Assembly (NCBI RefSeq): GCF_009914755.1
Contig: NC_060939.1
From: the human T2T-CHM13v2.0 reference genome, Homo sapiens
DNA length: 64,000 bases
Direction: 5' to 3' (one strand)
Shown in pieces: positions 59,366 to 64,000 of this stretch. The notes beneath the pieces were generated by a model. It was not told where the DNA came from, made no database searches, and saw nothing but the letters and a program-made list of their open reading frames with translations. The position numbers and the translations under genes were made by a program. The stretch's first letter is position 1, and each line of letters begins with the position of its first letter.

Positions 59366-60560
59366 TCGCTTCTTTCTCTCTAAATCTGTCATTCTTACTT
59401 CCAATGGAAATCTGTGCCATCTACCCAAAAGTATATTACTCTATTCGGCACATTTTTGCTTTCTCTCTTTTCTCTCTCCTTTCTAACTTATTTGCTTATT
59501 TAGTATTTATTATTTAGCTTATAAGAAATAACAGATGTCATATGCTGGCTTAGGCTACTAATGGTTCCATTGCCCCATGTTTAAATTAAGTATCAAATTC
59601 TACTTCACCCAACTGCGTACTGTGCTTAGATACTAGTGGAGAACAATAAACTAGATTTTCCCTAACAATGTCCATAATTGTGTGTTGGTCACACAGTTCT
59701 TTCTTTTTATTACAGCTACAGCTCTGAAAAGCTTTGCAAAGATCTAACATCATCAAAGGGAAGAGAGTACAATCTAAAGCTGAAATTATGAGCTCCCTCA
59801 AGCTGGTGGATCACACACACTGCTCAATAGATACTGTTGTGGCTTCTTCCATTTAAAATAATTCTGTGGCGCCTTTGTAATTGTTCTGTGGTGCTCTGGA
59901 AGACCTTTGTGCACAATGTGGGAATCTCACTCTTAACACATCCACAGTTAATAAGTCTTTGGCAAAGACTTATTAACTTTGCCAAACTAGCAGATGTAAA
60001 ATGTTCTAACAAGATTTAGTTTGCATTTCCCAAATTATTAAATAGATTGAACATCTTTTCAAGTGTTTATCAGTTAACCTGATTCCCTATTCAGTGAATA
60101 TCTGTTAATTTCATTTGCACATTTTAATAAGTTTGTCTTTTATTGTGGTAAGTGTTCTTTATATATTCTAAAAACTTATTATCCCTGTACATTATATATG
60201 ATCAGATATATACTATCAGTGTATTTCTTACCTTTAACTTAGTTTATTTGTTTTGTTTTTTTACTAATACTATTTAAGCGAAATTCAGATTCAAGTAGAA
60301 TTCAGAACTTGAAAACTCAATAGATTTCTTTATTTCATACTACTGATTTTATGAAGAGTAAATTGAGAGTGAAGATATATGTATCTAAGTTTAGCCTGTT
60401 GGTTAGTGACACAAAGAAAATTAGAAATTGGGTCTTTTAATTTCTGTGCTAGTGATTGGGAATCATACCAACATATTCTCCACTGAGCTCTGGTTAAAGT
60501 TGTATTCTTAGGGGAACAAAAAAAAGATAAGACTCACACCCTGCTAATTCACTGGGTCTT

Positions 60561-60612
60561 TTTTTTTTTTTTTTTTTAGATGGAGTCTTGCTCTGTCACC
60601 CAAGCTAGAGTG
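60561..60612 (-). mobile_element. Extremely 5'-truncated Alu (about 35 bp plus tail)
   Basis: T tail then AGATGGAGTCTTGCTCTGTCACCCAAGCTAGAGTG; TSD CACTGGGTCTT (60550-60560) / CACTTGGTCTT (60613-60623). Confidence 0.9.
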
Positions 60613-62469
60613 CACTTGGTCTTGAATTATACATATACTGATTTTATTTTTTTAACAAAGGTTGCACTTAGGTGAAAAGTACCTTTTGAGAGTCCTCCTT
60701 TCTTCCTCTGTCTTTTCTCTCTGCTAGGTTTCATTTGATAGCCTTGAATGTGAATAAAGAATAAATACGGCTTTCCCGTACCCTAGGACTATCCTCTGCC
60801 TTATTTATGTCTGACCTGGTGCAGTACTGCTGACCTTGGAAAGTTTAATTGAGGCTAGAATTATATGGCACAGCTTGAGGCCACCTGAATTTAGAGGGTG
60901 TGACATACAGAAAGACACACACACGTTCACTGACAGTGTAAAGGCCTGATGAACAGGAGCATTTGTGTGTGTATATGTGTGCCTTTAGCTGCTGAAACGG
61001 CAGCAGTGGAAATAGCCTATTGTAAGTTTTTACTAGGCAGAGTTCTTATGAAACAATATAATATACCTACATTCCTCGATAATTAAAACACTGAATTCAT
61101 TTGTTAAATAAATGCAGAATTACTTAAATATGGAAACTATTAAGGTTAAAAAAATAGGTCTAATTCAAGACATAACTATTCTATAAAGTATTTTTTAGCA
61201 ATTTTATAACAGATCAAGTGCTAGATATATGATGACCCTTCCCTTATGTCATTAAAATAATTGAATAACATAAATCAAAGAAAAAGTTTTATTAATTGAT
61301 TTGTCTTATATAACTATTTAAATTTTTAAAGCTATCATAAATGGCCAATTACCCAAAAATCATCTATTACATTTAATAATATTATGACCAAGACTATCGG
61401 TATGACTTGTACATGAAAACAAAGGTGTTGCTATTGAGAAGAAAAAATTATTTTTGTTCACTAATTAACTAGATTTAAAATCAATTGCATTCCTACCCAT
61501 ATATTCCCCAATTATTATTTTAGTACATGGTATATTTTGAACTATTTTACCATGAATGTTGTTGTAGATAAATCTGAAAATCAAAGCAGTCAATTTTCAT
61601 TCATGCTACTTTTATCTAATTAAACAAATAATCATGTCATTATATTTAGAGACACTACTATATATCCTGAGCAATTAGTTAACAGCATGATAAAGCCCAA
61701 AAATATTTGACAAAATACTTCCATTTTGAACTACAAAAGCTATTTTTTGTTGTATCTAGCACAACTAAAACTAGTTCTAAAAATGATCTTTAAATAATGA
61801 CTAAGATTAAATGGATCAATACATGATATTTTCATATGTATAAAATATATATGTAAAGCATATGTATGTGAAACATATATATGAAAAGGCCTCTAGACAA
61901 CTTACCTTTAAATAACTAAAGTTTTAAGATAAAAATAATATTCTCTTTTTTTTTTTTGCATAGAGAATCTTATCCATATGTGAGCAATGCTCAGAATTTG
62001 TGAAACATGAAGGAAAATCTCAAGTTTGCCCACAGGGCATTCTAGATTCCCAAACGTAGAAGCTAGCCAGATAATTACACCCATATGTACCCATGTAAAC
62101 TCATTCACAAATGAGGTTTATAGCTTCAAGTGAAACTCAAGATGTCATCAAGTTGTAACATAGCTTCGTTAATCTGTATACTATATAAAATTATTTTAAA
62201 TTAATTCTTATAGTGACAAGATTTTCTTTAGAAAAATATTTCTCATACCATATACAGTTATGAATACATAAAACGTACAAATTAGTTTTAAAATTGAACA
62301 TCAGTGGTCAAATTTTATGTAAAGAAAGTAAGGACTTCTGTCCATATCCTGCCAACAATTTAAGGTTTTGTAAATTTCATTTTGCTAAGAGGCCTTGACA
62401 AATTACATGACCCTAATAATTGTATTTTAATCTAGAAATCTGAATTGAGAAATAAAAATAATAAATTAA

Positions 62470-62730
62470 CATTAAGTATGATAATCGGCACTTACACAGC
62501 ACCATGTGCTGGATGCTATCCTAAATACCTTACACATACTAATTTAATTGATTTAGTTGAAGTTACTCATCAATCCAATATTTTTGCATGGGATAAGAAG
62601 GAATTCCATGTGACTATTCTGAGATAATTCTGAGGAAGATTTTTCACTTAAATAGTAAGAAACAGGGAAAGCAAGGTGTTCAGTCTTTATCCAACCTCAC
62701 ATTCATTTCTTATTCTGGACCATAGTACAG
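62470..62730 (-). mobile_element. MIR SINE
   Basis: GCACTTACACAGCACCATGTGCTGGATGCTATCCTAAATACCTTACACATACTAATTTA resembles the antisense MIR 3' end. Confidence 0.55.
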
Positions 62731-64000
62731 AAGCCACAGAGATTTATGAGAACCCTGTTTATAAGTGAGTAGAAATGTTCTGTTTATACCAAATCTTAAA
62801 CTGTTTTCAGAAAGAAAACTATATAGTTTAAAAAGTGACTAACTTTTTTAAAGTGATTAGAGTTAGAATTTCTAGATGTAATGACCCTCTAAGCATCTTA
62901 ATAGTTAATTTGGGGAGATCTGGTCTTCATCCTTCATGTTCCACATAAGCCTGGATTCCTCAATGTCTTTTGTACACCAACATCTTCCTAGTCCCAGAAA
63001 ACCTAAGATATAATAATACAAAATATTCAAAACTTGAACTGATTTTTGAATTATGACATTATATATGTCACAAGTATTCACATAACCTATTCCTGAAGGA
63101 CTCTGGATTTGCTTATTGATAGCTATATTCACTCCTGACTTGATATCCAGAGCTATTAGTAGACTATTTATGGCATGGAATTTACAATGCTTATCTGTTG
63201 CCACATTCAATAGAAATCATTCCTGAAAGTTGATAATATTGTACCTCCATCCCCCAAGCTGGCAGAAACCCTAGAATAAAGAATTATATGAGGCTCATTT
63301 TTTTTTCAGTCTACTGAAATACATAATATGATGCTCTGAAATTATCTATAAATGCCTTAAAACATAAATTCAACTAGATGAAAGGTATATTTTCGCATAT
63401 CACATAAGAACAAAAGATAGAGTAAAATAAAATGGCTTGAAAACCTACTATCCAAATGGAGTAATCTTTTCCTTCTGTGAACCATCCCAAGATAGATATA
63501 AACTGAGCTTGAGGGATGCAGAGGCTGACAGACATGCCATATTATGCAGGGATACATTTTATGACTCAGGGCTATTGCCCTCTAGAGATAGAGCAGACAC
63601 CATGGTCCACTTCACCTGAGGCCACAGATCACACTCAAGTTGCAGGTCCCAGGGGTGCTGTCATCCCAGGGAACCACTAGAGTCCCTTTTTTGTCCAGAT
63701 CTCAATCTCTATCCCTCCTCTGGGGTCAGAAGAGCCAAAGGCACTGAGATGGTCTACATAAATCTATGCAAATTCATTGGGTGGGGCTGGGAGTTCACTT
63801 TATCGATTTAGGTCAATTTAAATTCAACAGCAGCACATGAAATATCAGTAAGATCCATTACTCACAGTATCTTGGGATCCTTAGAGAATTATCCTTAAGT
63901 GTGTAAATAAAGTCTATTTATTCAAATGATGAACTTTACTGAAAGACTCACAGGACTTCCATCTGAAGCTGCCACATCCTTAACATGACTTCAGCAAAGT

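Overview
AT-rich catarrhine primate (most likely human) intergenic or deep-intronic DNA. I can support no host protein-coding exon, CpG island or intact RNA gene. The ORF track is explained by Alu, L1, LTR and microsatellite sequence or by chance. The window is a layered transposon landscape: about 16 Alus, old L1M and younger L1PA pieces, L2/MIR/CR1 relics, MaLR/ERVL solo LTRs, and MER58A, MER53 and MADE1 DNA-transposon relics. Four things stand out. (1) A full-length HERV-K(HML-2) LTR5B-type LTR (53340-54299, minus) whose primer-binding site continues not into the viral leader but into a DNA copy of nt 12-76 of mature tRNA-Lys(CUU), with no target-site duplication (TSD). It looks like an integrated reverse-transcription intermediate rather than a recombinational solo LTR. 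(2) A full-length U2 snRNA retrocopy with an apparent precursor 3' extension, inside an MST LTR. (3) An anonymous 144-bp polyadenylated retro-insertion with a TSD, inside another MST LTR. (4) A near-perfect 4 x 55-bp tandem repeat close to a CTCF-like motif. Subfamily calls come from recalled consensus sequences, not a database run. Boundaries of old elements are approximate.
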